IMG/VR virus record: IMGVR_UViG_3300047673_000352
DNA from: an uncultured virus (IMG/VR IMGVR_UViG_3300047673_000352)
Lineage: Duplodnaviria; Heunggongvirae; Uroviricota; Caudoviricetes
Reading direction: 5' to 3' (one strand)
Length of the DNA stretch: 64,000 nucleotides
Of this stretch, positions 30,038 through 38,742 are shown piece after piece. The translations under genes and the position numbers were made by a program. Under the pieces are notes generated by a model. It was not told where the DNA came from. It worked only from the letters and a program-made list of their open reading frames with translations, and did no database searches. The number at the start of each line of letters is the position of its first letter. Within the stretch, counting starts at the first letter, position 1.

Positions 30038-30952
30038 ATGCAAACGATCAACATCACCGAAGCGAAGACTTCAGACCTCGTAGCCTTCTACAACGCGAAC
30101 ATCACGCGCTTTCCGGACGGAACGGCCATCAAGAAGTTCGCAGACCGTAAGACGGCAGAAAAGCGCGTCGCGGACCTCGTGGAAAAGATCGCATCCCACT
30201 TTCCGGAAGACGAAACGCCTGAAGGTACGATTCCGGACCCGAACGTCGCGACCCGCAACGAATCGGACACCAACGAATCGGGCCAAGCGGACGGCGCAGC
30301 GACCGACGACAAAAACAACGAAGCCGCGCCGGAATCGAACGAACAAGTCGCGCCCGAACTCTCAGGCGAGTCCAAAGTCCAACCGGATATGGACGGCTCG
30401 CGCCTCGTTCTGGAACCGACCGACCAACCGACCGACGCTGAGCGCGCCGCGATGGAAGAAAGCGAATACCAGATTCAGGCGCAAGGCGCGCGGCCCTCTG
30501 GCGACGAAGGCGAAGAGCCGAACGCAGACGACGAAGATGAAGAGGACATCGCCCCTTCAGCGCGCGGCGCGAGCGCTTTCAACGCCCTGCAGGCTACGCT
30601 CTCCGCTCTCAGCGATAAATCGAAGCTCGAAGCCGAAAACGGCGTGAAGCCGGTGACGCGTACCTCTTCGGCCAAGGCGTCGAATTCGGACGGCGTAGCG
30701 GCTTCGTGGGTGGATGCCGATATCCGTGCGGCCCGCCTTACCCGCGACGGCGTGAAAGTCGAGTTGGACGGTAAGGAAGTCGGCACGTTCAAATCGACGC
30801 GCGAAGCATTCCGCAACTTGCGTCTGCCGGACAACAAGCACATCCGTTTCCGCCTGAAGCTGAAGGAAGCTCACCGCGATCAAGGCGAAGGTGCTGACTT
30901 CGAGCACAGCGGCAAGAAGTACCACTTCACCATCGTGCAAGTGGACGTGTAA
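30038..30952 (+). CDS. Early acidic protein with disordered middle
   Basis: 304 aa; strong RBS and its own promoter. Confidence 0.75.
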   Translation: MQTINITEAKTSDLVAFYNANITRFPDGTAIKKFADRKTAEKRVADLVEKIASHFPEDETPEGTIPDPNVATRNESDTNESGQADGAATDDKNNEAAPESNEQVAPELSGESKVQPDMDGSRLVLEPTDQPTDAERAAMEESEYQIQAQGARPSGDEGEEPNADDEDEEDIAPSARGASAFNALQATLSALSDKSKLEAENGVKPVTRTSSAKASNSDGVAASWVDADIRAARLTRDGVKVELDGKEVGTFKSTREAFRNLRLPDNKHIRFRLKLKEAHRDQGEGADFEHSGKKYHFTIVQVDV

Positions 30953-31331
30953 CAGAATTTCGGAGCGGGTCGAAAGGCCCGCCCTAGTGGCCCAGGAGTC
31001 TGCTGTGAACGAGATTATCAATACACTCACTGAGATGGACAGCGTCATGCTTACTCTCGTTTTCGGTGGCCTTATGGGCCTGCTCTCGCAACGTATTATT
31101 GGACGTTTCGTCAAACCAAACTACTACACAAGGAGCCGATAGTGCAGACCATCAAACCGCGCGCTGTCCACGATCCGGAAAGCAACAGCTGGATAGTCCA
31201 CGGTGCCGGCATCGTCCGGAATCGCACCTGTATCAACGAAGCCATCGCCGCGTGGCGTCAGCGTTTCGTGGATCGTCAAATTGGCCCGAGAGTTGAAAAA
31301 GTCGAAGGCCGTGCGCAGTAAGGAAGGAAGT

Positions 31332-31703
31332 ATGAACAACGGGCTTCTCGCCACTCTTAACGACCGGTTGCTTGGCGCGGCTGGTCTTCTCTTAGGTCAC
31401 GGGCACCGCGAAAGTAGCGCGGCTGTCCGTGAAGCCATTTCAGTTCTCGAAGTCTCCCAGGGTCCGAAAGGCGAAGACCTCGCCGCGCTCCGTGCGATCC
31501 GCCAATACCATTACGATCAGTATGTAAGCTTCTCTCAACGCGCTGCGGAGATGGAGAAGAAAGCTGCTGGGCGCTTGGATAAGGGCGATTCTCGCGACGC
31601 CTTTGAGCGCACGGCCACTTCGCATCGGCGCGTGGCAAGCCAGCACCTTCGATTCGCTCGCAATATGAATGTCCTATTTCCGACATCGGATAGTGTACTG
31701 TGA
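31332..31703 (+). CDS. Hypothetical protein
   Basis: Start reassigned to the ATG after AAGGAAG. Confidence 0.6.
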   Translation: MNNGLLATLNDRLLGAAGLLLGHGHRESSAAVREAISVLEVSQGPKGEDLAALRAIRQYHYDQYVSFSQRAAEMEKKAAGRLDKGDSRDAFERTATSHRRVASQHLRFARNMNVLFPTSDSVL

Positions 31704-31760
31704 ACTGATCGCCTTCTGGGATTCGGCGGATAAAAACTGACCTAAGCTCGCGCTTAGTCA

Positions 31761-31791
31761 GAATACGGGCATTAGTGTCCGTATTTTCTTT
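31761..31791 (+). terminator. Intrinsic terminator
   Basis: AATACGGGCA-ttag-TGTCCGTATT followed by TTCTTT. Confidence 0.7.
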
Positions 31792-31880
31792 GTCGAATCA
31801 CTTATAATTGGTTCCGTAGTCAACAGGGAGTTGCAGAACCTTATACCTCACTAATTCGAATCTCAGAAAGGAGTTTTACC

Positions 31881-32186
31881 ATGATCGCTCAAACGACCGC
31901 AAAAGAAGTTTTCCGTGCCATCCGCGTGCCTTCGGCAGTTAGCAAGCGCGCGTCAACGCAGCAGAAGCGTATCCGTGCCGCTGGTCAACGCTATATGACC
32001 GAAGCCCAGGCAACCGCTTTGAAGGTCGCAGGCGATCAGGGCTGGGAAGCTCGATCAATCGTTGCCAACGCCAAAGAGCAGCGCTGCATCATCTCCATCC
32101 AGAAGGGTGACGAAGTGGCCTGGATCGACGGTAACGGCACCCTTCGCTCAGAAGACGACATCATCAAGAGCGCTGGCGCTGTGTAA
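31881..32186 (+). CDS. Hypothetical basic protein
   Basis: AAGGAG RBS; TATAAT at 31803. Confidence 0.7.
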   Translation: MIAQTTAKEVFRAIRVPSAVSKRASTQQKRIRAAGQRYMTEAQATALKVAGDQGWEARSIVANAKEQRCIISIQKGDEVAWIDGNGTLRSEDDIIKSAGAV

Positions 32187-32250
32187 CCTCTTCGTCACTA
32201 TTTCCGATTAAACTAGCCTTGCAGTTGATCGGAGTCTAAGCCCTCGTTAT

Positions 32251-32289
32251 GGGGCGCACGTCCGAATGGATTGTGCGCCCCTTCTTTTT
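32251..32289 (+). terminator. Intrinsic terminator
   Basis: GGGGCGCAC...GTGCGCCCC followed by TTCTTTTT. Confidence 0.75.
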
Positions 32290-32313
32290 GCGCCAGCAGT
32301 TTAGGAGACAGAA

Positions 32314-32697
32314 ATGTCCACAGCACCATCCCGCGTCAGTCGTCCTCTTCCCGCTCGCATCGAAGTCTCAACGCAAGCGCTTGCCCAGATCGTCAACGCC
32401 CTCAACGGGCACCCTCACCAGATTCGCGAGCTACAAGTCACACGCGGCCCGCTATTCAGCAACCCCATTGACGTCATCGAGCGCGAGCTATTGACGGCAC
32501 AAGCCGCGCCTGAGCCTGCCCGTCCAGTGTCCGAAGAGGACATTCAAGGTGAACTATTCAACCACAAGCGCGTTGGCGGGCCGTCAGCCAGCGAGGTAAT
32601 CGACGTTGTGCGCAAGCACTTCTCTTGGTACTCTGGCAGCAGTCTCGTGCGCGAGCGCTGCGAAGAGGAAATCACCAAACTTTTCGAAGGAAAATGA
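32314..32697 (+). CDS. Hypothetical protein
   Basis: AGGAG RBS. Confidence 0.65.
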   Translation: MSTAPSRVSRPLPARIEVSTQALAQIVNALNGHPHQIRELQVTRGPLFSNPIDVIERELLTAQAAPEPARPVSEEDIQGELFNHKRVGGPSASEVIDVVRKHFSWYSGSSLVRERCEEEITKLFEGK

Positions 32698-32698
32698 C

Positions 32699-32977
32699 AT
32701 GCCGTTCAATTTCAAGACTGGTAAGACCTCTCATCCGAAGACCGGCAAGCGGGTGCACGTCGCCAAGGTTCTGCTGGATATGCGCGACGTCAACGGCGTT
32801 TCGAATGAAGACCGCGCCGCCCTGAAGCACGCGGTTGACTACATCATCGCGCTGGAGCGTACCGTGCTGTGGCATGAATCGCGCAGACCGCCTGTTGTCA
32901 ACGTGAACGTTACCGGCAGCATTTCAGCCCAACAACTCGCCAACTCAGTGTCCAATTATGAACACGGCAAAGTGTAA
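32699..32977 (+). CDS. Hypothetical protein
   Basis: ATG immediately after the previous stop. Confidence 0.6.
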   Translation: MPFNFKTGKTSHPKTGKRVHVAKVLLDMRDVNGVSNEDRAALKHAVDYIIALERTVLWHESRRPPVVNVNVTGSISAQQLANSVSNYEHGKV

Positions 32978-33188
32978 GCGGTTCCGCGATGTGTACGCCG
33001 CGCCCGGTTCGCAACTCTTCCAGGCTCTCGAAGACGGCGACCGGAAGAAAGCTGCCGCGATCTATGACGAGTGCGAACGGCTTCTGGCGAAGGAGCAAGG
33101 GCGCTTGACGTACTACGCGGCTGACGGAACGTTGATGGTTACGGCGACCGGCGCACGATCCATCTTTAACGATTTGGACGCGCTATGA
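32958..33188 (+). CDS. Hypothetical protein
   Basis: Operon packing. Confidence 0.55.
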   Translation: MNTAKCKRFRDVYAAPGSQLFQALEDGDRKKAAAIYDECERLLAKEQGRLTYYAADGTLMVTATGARSIFNDLDAL

Positions 33189-33439
33189 TCGACGCTCTGG
33201 TCCAAGCGCTCATCGCGGCCATGTCGTTGTCGGCAACGTACTTGAGCCTTCATCCGACGCGCCAGAAATGGGCGTGCTTCTTCGGGCTGTCCGTCCAACC
33301 TCTTTGGATGCTCAGCACGTCCACAAACCACCAGTGGGGCATGTTCACGCTTTGCTTTGTCTACGGATTCATTTGGCTCCGTAGCTTTTGGCGTCACTGG
33401 TCAACCCCAGTAATTGAATTACTTTGGAGAACGAAATGA
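33185..33439 (+). CDS. Small multi-helix membrane protein
   Basis: Three hydrophobic segments; ATGA overlaps at both ends. Confidence 0.6.
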   Translation: MIDALVQALIAAMSLSATYLSLHPTRQKWACFFGLSVQPLWMLSTSTNHQWGMFTLCFVYGFIWLRSFWRHWSTPVIELLWRTK

Positions 33440-33861
33440 ACCAACTCAAGTTTGCAGACCTTCGACTGGCCAACACGCTGCGCCTTCCGCAATTCAAGAA
33501 CGCTCAAGGAGAACCGGCGCACTCGCAACCGGACGGCAGCGATTGGTCACCGGCTGACTGGATGGTCGCTGTCGTTGGAGAACTTGGCGAGGCCGCGAAC
33601 CTGATGAAGAAAATTCGTCGCGGCGACTTCGCCACCATGTGCGATCTGCTGGAGGCAAAGGAGAAGCTGCAGAAGGAGTTTGCCGACTTCATCACGTACG
33701 CCGACATCATGGCGGCGCAGTTCGGCATCGACCTTGGCGAAGCCGTCATGCAAAAATTCAACGAAGTCTCGCGACGCGTTGATTCCACGGTGTTCATGCA
33801 AGAGGCCGCGACCGGTGCGTGCGTCTATGTCTTCGACAAATCAGAAACGGACGCAGCTTAA
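33436..33861 (+). CDS. mazG: MazG-like nucleotide pyrophosphohydrolase
   Basis: GELGEAAN..KK..R...EFAD...Y...GIDL..A...KFN. Confidence 0.85.
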   Translation: MNQLKFADLRLANTLRLPQFKNAQGEPAHSQPDGSDWSPADWMVAVVGELGEAANLMKKIRRGDFATMCDLLEAKEKLQKEFADFITYADIMAAQFGIDLGEAVMQKFNEVSRRVDSTVFMQEAATGACVYVFDKSETDAA

Positions 33862-34204
33862 GCCCGGTGACATCGTCAAGCACGACGAGTCGCCGTGCGA
33901 GGTTCTGTGCGTGTTCGCTGCGCTCGATCTGGTGTTCATAATGAATAAACGGACGCTCTGTGCGCAGTATCTTCACCCGGCTGAAGTAGAATTCGTGAGA
34001 AGGCCCGAAGCAAAAAAACGTGGAGAACGAAATGAACCTCAGACTGTGCGCCAAGTGCGAAAGAACGCTGCAGGAGAGCGAAGGCGTTAAGGCTGGTCGT
34101 TCGTGGTACCATGTCGGTTGCGCTGCGAATACTTGGATCAGGCCGCGCGTCCACGAGTTCAGCGAAGGCCCGTTGACGGACCTTCTGAAGCCGGAAGAAA
34201 AAAG

Positions 34205-34525
34205 ATGAGCTGTGTCCACTGCCGCTGTCGCAAGTGCGATGCGCGGCGAGTCCTGCCGAAGCATCCTGACCTATACCGTAGGACTCCTAAGTGCCGATAT
34301 TGCACGGACGGAACGCTGCGACCGGATAAGTGGATGAACCAACGCAATACACGTGCAATGGGCTGTATGTGCGCTGGGTACGCGTGGGAAGGAATGATGA
34401 CTGGAGCCATGCATCGTCGCGGCTCGTTGCGCTGCTGGTATCGCGCGAACGGTGAGAAGCGAGAGCACGGTGATAAGGACTACTTTATTGACCCGATGTG
34501 GATTGAGGAGATGAATTATGGCTGA
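34205..34525 (+). CDS. Cys/His-rich putative Zn-binding protein
   Basis: CRKC, CRYC, CMC.GY...HRRGS..C. Confidence 0.65.
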   Translation: MSCVHCRCRKCDARRVLPKHPDLYRRTPKCRYCTDGTLRPDKWMNQRNTRAMGCMCAGYAWEGMMTGAMHRRGSLRCWYRANGEKREHGDKDYFIDPMWIEEMNYG

Positions 34526-34611
34526 CCATCAAGTGCTCTGGACCCTCGCCAAAGTTTGTGGCGGATGGATTCTGCTGTCGCTCGTTCTTTCGCTCGCAAT
34601 GAGCCGTATCC

Positions 34612-35016
34612 TTGGATGGCTGGACGACCGTGAAGCACGTGAATCTGAACATTGATCTTGTAGGCGGCTCGCACGCCGGTCCGCTCTTCATTATCCAGAA
34701 GCAGCGACCGTTGGCGCGTCCGCACGGCAAGCAGGGAGCGGTACGCCGCGCCCAGGAGCGTCGCCGTAGACCGCCCTGGGCTGATCGGAAGGCGATACGT
34801 GCCCTGTACAACGAAGCGCGCCGCCTGACGAAGTTGACCGGCGAGTTGCACGTGGTCGATCACATCGTGCCGTTGATTGGTAAGTACAACGGCGTAAACA
34901 TCGTCAGCGGGCTTCACGTCGATTACAACATGCGCGTGGTCCACTGGAAACCGAACGCCCAACGTGGCAACTATGAGTGGCCAGATATGCCTGTTCAACA
35001 ACTGGAGTTGCTATGA
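34612..35016 (+). CDS. HNH endonuclease family protein (start uncertain)
   Basis: PPWAD...VDHIVPL.G....VSGLHV..N.......N..RGN. Confidence 0.8.
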   Translation: MDGWTTVKHVNLNIDLVGGSHAGPLFIIQKQRPLARPHGKQGAVRRAQERRRRPPWADRKAIRALYNEARRLTKLTGELHVVDHIVPLIGKYNGVNIVSGLHVDYNMRVVHWKPNAQRGNYEWPDMPVQQLELL

Positions 35017-35312
35017 CCTTCCCTGTCGCGCTTGCAATCGTTATCGGCCTGACCGTTTCTGCTTTGATCATCGCGTTGATCATCTGCGCGCGCTATCCGC
35101 CGGTGCAGATGCTCGCGCCGCCTGATGACGGCCTGCGCTTCGAACGCAAAAGCCTGTGGGTGTGCAGGCGCTGCGGAATGTCGCTGGACGAAGCTTACGA
35201 CCCGTTGGCCGTCCGGTGCCTGCTCGAAGGATCGTTGCCGGACGGCACGCCCTGCCCGATGGAACGTCAGGATATCGTGGTGGCCGTATCAATGGAATCA
35301 TCTACGTCATAA
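35013..35312 (+). CDS. Membrane-anchored hypothetical protein
   Basis: N-terminal hydrophobic helix; CRRC. Confidence 0.55.
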   Translation: MTFPVALAIVIGLTVSALIIALIICARYPPVQMLAPPDDGLRFERKSLWVCRRCGMSLDEAYDPLAVRCLLEGSLPDGTPCPMERQDIVVAVSMESSTS

Positions 35313-35327
35313 AAGTTCACAAAGTGC

Positions 35328-35356
35328 TTTACTCCTGGTCGGATATCAAAGATAAT
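35328..35356 (+). promoter_or_regulatory. Early sigma70-type promoter TTTACT-N17-GATAAT
   Basis: Preceded by AAAGTGC as at 36843. Confidence 0.65.
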
Positions 35357-35399
35357 AGAGTCTCTGATGCAGTGAACACCGACCAAGGAGCTAAACGCC

Positions 35400-35612
35400 A
35401 TGATCACTTCCCGACTCGAAATCTTCGCGGATAAGACGCGACTCGTTCTGATCGAAGAGTCCAAAGACCCTTCACTCAGCCGCGTTCTTTGGATCGGAGA
35501 AGCCTATAACGATCAAGTTCCGCTCCTTAAGCGAGAAGCCAAGCGCGCGACCGGCCACAAGGTCGCTCAGCCCACCTTCACAGTCCAGTTCGGCAGCAGC
35601 CTGCACAAATAA
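35400..35612 (+). CDS. Early hypothetical protein
   Basis: GGAGCTAAACGCC-ATG start; hairpin 35620-35642 downstream. Confidence 0.7.
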   Translation: MITSRLEIFADKTRLVLIEESKDPSLSRVLWIGEAYNDQVPLLKREAKRATGHKVAQPTFTVQFGSSLHK

Positions 35613-35668
35613 TTCCATCCGGCGCGGCGTTCGGTCGCGCCGTTCTCTTCCCTTTAGGAGCAGCCAAA

Positions 35669-36037
35669 ATGGCTAAGATACCAACCAACAACAAAGTCTT
35701 CACCGCCAAGTTCATCTCCGAAATCCAGGCCAAGCGCGCGGAACTCGCCGCCGCGCTCGCTTCCCTTTCGAACGTCCTGCTGGGCCAAGGCTTCGTCGTC
35801 CTAAGCGGCGCGGGCATCGCCCTCAAGTTCAAGGTCGAAGGCCAACAGGTCACTGAGCCGGTGCCGGCAGGCGGGCCGCACCAGGCCACCCGATTCTCCC
35901 GTACGGACGCGGAAAACGTCGCGGACGCCGTAACGGACGGCAACGGCAATCACGGTCGCGCGGTTCACATTTGCATCGCGCTGAAAGACGCCATCGAACA
36001 GCTGGACAGTGTTCTCGCGATGATCACCGCGAAGTAA
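35669..36037 (+). CDS. Early hypothetical protein
   Basis: AGGAG RBS. Confidence 0.7.
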   Translation: MAKIPTNNKVFTAKFISEIQAKRAELAAALASLSNVLLGQGFVVLSGAGIALKFKVEGQQVTEPVPAGGPHQATRFSRTDAENVADAVTDGNGNHGRAVHICIALKDAIEQLDSVLAMITAK

Positions 36038-36061
36038 TTGCCACTTTCTTCGGAATTCTGC

Positions 36062-36090
36062 TTGACGGGTCATTCCATCTCAGGCAGAAT
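36062..36090 (+). promoter_or_regulatory. Early sigma70-type promoter TTGACG-N17-CAGAAT
   Basis: Consensus spacing; followed by a 5' hairpin and the leader motif. Confidence 0.7.
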
Positions 36091-36137
36091 TCTAGTCTGG
36101 TGTCCACCCGGATGCCATGGACAGGAGCTAAACGCCA

Positions 36138-36326
36138 ATGAAAAATACCACCCAACTCTTCCTCGCTTACGTCAACTATAAGACGAAGCCGCAGCCGCGT
36201 ATCTCGTTCGCGGAGTACGTCGAAACGAAGCCGGATTTGGCATCGCTGATTCTGGTGTCGATGATCGCCGCTGATAACGGCATCCAGCCCGCTCCGCGTC
36301 GCGGTCGGAAGGCTATCGCACGATGA
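36138..36326 (+). CDS. Early hypothetical protein
   Basis: GGAGCTAAACGCC-A-ATG start. Confidence 0.7.
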   Translation: MKNTTQLFLAYVNYKTKPQPRISFAEYVETKPDLASLILVSMIAADNGIQPAPRRGRKAIAR

Positions 36327-36598
36327 GTAAAATCGTTCGCGAATACGTTGCGATCTACGGCCAGGAAGCGTACGAACGCGAATTGCGCCGCGCAGATACG
36401 CCCGAAGAACTCGAAGAGAAGCTGCGGAAGGCCGTAGAAGGCCAGGCCGTCTGGGTCTACTTCAAGTTCCTGGGGATCGACTACCGGACCAACCGCGACG
36501 CCACCCTGATCGAGCGTAACGATGGGAAACACCTGGGCTGGGTGCGTACGGACTCGCGCCGCGTGCAGCGGGAAGCGGAACGGGCCTTGGGCAAGTAA
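36323..36598 (+). CDS. Early hypothetical protein
   Basis: ATGA coupling. Confidence 0.65.
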   Translation: MSKIVREYVAIYGQEAYERELRRADTPEELEEKLRKAVEGQAVWVYFKFLGIDYRTNRDATLIERNDGKHLGWVRTDSRRVQREAERALGK

Positions 36599-36614
36599 TA
36601 AGGAATGTAAGAAT

Positions 36615-36824
36615 ATGTCGAAGACGGTAACTAACATCATCATCGTCTGGAAGCAGAAGGACGGCGTGACCGGCACCGCGACTTACAGCGCTGGGCGTCT
36701 TGGCCCCACTGCTGCCCGCCAGCGCGCGGCTAGTCGCACGGCCCTTCTCCACGAGCAAGGCCTGGACTACATGGCCACGGAGTATTACGCGGACGGCTCG
36801 AAACACGAGTTCAAAAATTTTTGA
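36615..36824 (+). CDS. Early hypothetical protein
   Basis: Start reassigned after TAAGGA. Confidence 0.6.
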   Translation: MSKTVTNIIIVWKQKDGVTGTATYSAGRLGPTAARQRAASRTALLHEQGLDYMATEYYADGSKHEFKNF

Positions 36825-36842
36825 ACTTTTGTGCGAAAGTGC

Positions 36843-36871
36843 TTGACGGAATGTGAACACTCCGTCATAAT
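36843..36871 (+). promoter_or_regulatory. Early sigma70-type promoter TTGACG-N17-CATAAT
   Basis: Near-consensus boxes; AT-rich upstream tract. Confidence 0.75.
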
Positions 36872-36919
36872 CTCTTCACGGTGTCCAACCGGACGCCGAA
36901 AACCCAGGAGCTAAACGCC

Positions 36920-37321
36920 ATGAAATACCAAGTCGAATTCAAGCAAATCCGTAACGGTTCGGACCCGATCCACGCGCGTTGGGAAGTCGCATCGGAGCCG
37001 GTCGAAACGAAGGGCATGGCCCTCGCGTACGCCGAACTTACCGCGACGCGCCTGGGGACGCCCGCTATCGTCCGCACGGTCGGAGAAGAAGGAGAGGTGT
37101 CTAAACGCCTCAACTGCGTCATCGCGTACTTCGGACCCGAAGAGCACGCCGTTGAGCCGGTGTGGTTTGAATTCCAGGACGGCCAATTCAACTATCGCTG
37201 CACCGCAGACAGCGATACGGTTCAAAAGCGCCTTCCGTCCGGTCGCTGGACGGCCTTCATGTCACCGGAGCGTCCGACGAGTTTCTACACGGCGCGTTCC
37301 AAGGCTCTCTACGGCGGATAA
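36920..37321 (+). CDS. Early hypothetical protein
   Basis: Start reassigned to GGAGCTAAACGCC-ATG. Confidence 0.7.
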   Translation: MKYQVEFKQIRNGSDPIHARWEVASEPVETKGMALAYAELTATRLGTPAIVRTVGEEGEVSKRLNCVIAYFGPEEHAVEPVWFEFQDGQFNYRCTADSDTVQKRLPSGRWTAFMSPERPTSFYTARSKALYGG

Positions 37322-37346
37322 GATTCACCGGCACGCGAAATAGTGC

Positions 37347-37375
37347 TTGCCGGTTCCGATTCGTCAGACGATAAT
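37347..37375 (+). promoter_or_regulatory. Early sigma70-type promoter TTGCCG-N17-GATAAT
   Basis: Preceded by AGTGC like the other early promoters. Confidence 0.7.
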
Positions 37376-37406
37376 CTGTTCATTTTCTGACGAATCGGAG
37401 AGCCAG

Positions 37407-37634
37407 ATGGTCGAAGCCAAGGAAGTTGCTAAGCGCATCGCGAAGATCGACTTCAAGGTGCGCGTGGAAGTCTTCGAACTAGCGGACGATGCGCCTGTGC
37501 GCAGGACCTTCCTGGACGCCTGGCCTTCGATCTTTCTGACGGAAAAGAAAGCGCCATCGCCCTATCTCAAGGCGATGGTCAAAGACGCGATACGCGTTGA
37601 CGTAACCAAGTTGCAGCAACCAGGGAAGAAATGA
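37407..37634 (+). CDS. Early hypothetical protein
   Basis: Start reassigned after GGAG. Confidence 0.6.
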   Translation: MVEAKEVAKRIAKIDFKVRVEVFELADDAPVRRTFLDAWPSIFLTEKKAPSPYLKAMVKDAIRVDVTKLQQPGKK

Positions 37635-37963
37635 CATGGCCATCGCTTTAATCATCGGAGTTTGCCTGCCGGCCTTTGCCATCGGCTGGATCGTTGGTCG
37701 CGACTCGCAGCGCAAATTCAATCGCCGTATGTCGGACATCGACAAACGCAAGCGCTCGATCAACTGGCCAATCGGCCACAAGGAGATTCAGTCGTGAAAG
37801 ACGACCGCCGAACGTTCAGCATTGAGTTCTCGTCGCAGAACTGGTCTGCCACGGCCACAATCGAAGTCAAGGCGCATACGGTAGAGCAGGCAATCGCGAA
37901 GGCTGAAGCCTGCCTACACGCCGACTTCCGTCCGCAGCTGATGAACTTCTATGAGGTGTCCTG

Positions 37964-38179
37964 ATGAGCACACTCACGATGTACTTCGTGGACGGCGATG
38001 CTGGCGTCACGTTCGCGGCGAGCGGCGAGGAACGAAAGCTGGTGCCGATGCTGTGGCGCAAGCTGCGGACGGCGTATGGCCCGCTCTCGACGTTGCCGCG
38101 CGATGCAGCGGACCTTGCAGCCAAGGTGGCTGACGCATTCGGCGGTGAATGCGTGCTCGAAATCGAACGTTCATCATAA
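37964..38179 (+). CDS. Hypothetical protein
   Basis: GAGGT RBS. Confidence 0.6.
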   Translation: MSTLTMYFVDGDAGVTFAASGEERKLVPMLWRKLRTAYGPLSTLPRDAADLAAKVADAFGGECVLEIERSS

Positions 38180-38199
38180 TCGGTTAGTATCAGTTCTAC

Positions 38200-38312
38200 G
38201 GACGGCGCGAGTCGGCGTGCGCGACGCTGAACCTCTGTGAGTAAGCTATGAACGGTGGCTGAAAGAAGCAGAGGAAAAGGGCCGATGGTGAGAATCCATT
38301 CGCCGTCCACCA
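38200..38312 (+). ncRNA. tRNA-like RNA with 8-bp acceptor stem, 5-bp T-stem, 3' ACCA and no canonical anticodon loop
   Basis: GGACGGCG/CGCCGTCC-ACCA; GATGG-TGAGAAT-CCATT; TCGGCGT/ACGCTGA; CCTCTG/CAGAGG; fully intergenic. Confidence 0.7.
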
Positions 38313-38335
38313 CTCAACTTTAGGGATTGCACATT

Positions 38336-38545
38336 ATGCCCAAGAAAGAAGACGACGCCGTCATGGCGCTTCTCGACCGCATTATCAACGGCTCGCGGCT
38401 GGACGAGAACAACCACAACAACGATTCGCTTGTCGAAGTCGCAAACCATCTAGCCAAGCGCGGCGACAAATGGGCCTCGCGCTCTGTCGGCAGCGTCTAC
38501 AATGACGCTCTCGACCTCAAGCGCCTTCTGCTGGACGGCCAGTGA
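38336..38545 (+). CDS. Hypothetical protein
   Basis: First ORF of a coupled run. Confidence 0.55.
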   Translation: MPKKEDDAVMALLDRIINGSRLDENNHNNDSLVEVANHLAKRGDKWASRSVGSVYNDALDLKRLLLDGQ

Positions 38546-38742
38546 TGAACGGCATCCGCTGGTACATCGAACGCAACCGCGTTCCACAGGCCCACGAGGT
38601 TCGCGCGTACGCCATCGGGCGTGGCGTGACGATGATGGATGCGAAGCGCGAGTTGATGAACGAGTCGAAGCCGCGCCTGCAGTTCTGTGACCACAACGGC
38701 AAGTGGCAGGACGTTCCGACTGTCGTGGAGGAACGGAAATGA
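38542..38742 (+). CDS. Hypothetical protein
   Basis: Overlap coupling; LQF....G.W.DVP.V. Confidence 0.6.
   Translation: MMNGIRWYIERNRVPQAHEVRAYAIGRGVTMMDAKRELMNESKPRLQFCDHNGKWQDVPTVVEERK

Noticed and set aside
34612..35016. HNH gene as an intron or mobile element
   Set aside because: Free-standing short HNH that interrupts no gene; common in phage accessory regions.
24528..36922. CRISPR-like array from the GGAGCTAAACGCC repeats
   Set aside because: Repeats are 13 nt, irregularly spaced over 12 kb and always at gene starts; no cas genes.
38275..38300. Cobalamin riboswitch (AAAAGGG...GGTGAGAATCC)
   Set aside because: The GGGAA junction and downstream GCCACTG-type box are missing; the hairpin fits better as a T-arm stacked on a CCA-ending stem.
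38200..38312. Canonical tRNA or tRNA-Sec
   Set aside because: No 7-nt anticodon loop, no UCA anticodon, no D-loop GG and no TTC in the T-loop; kept as tRNA-like only.
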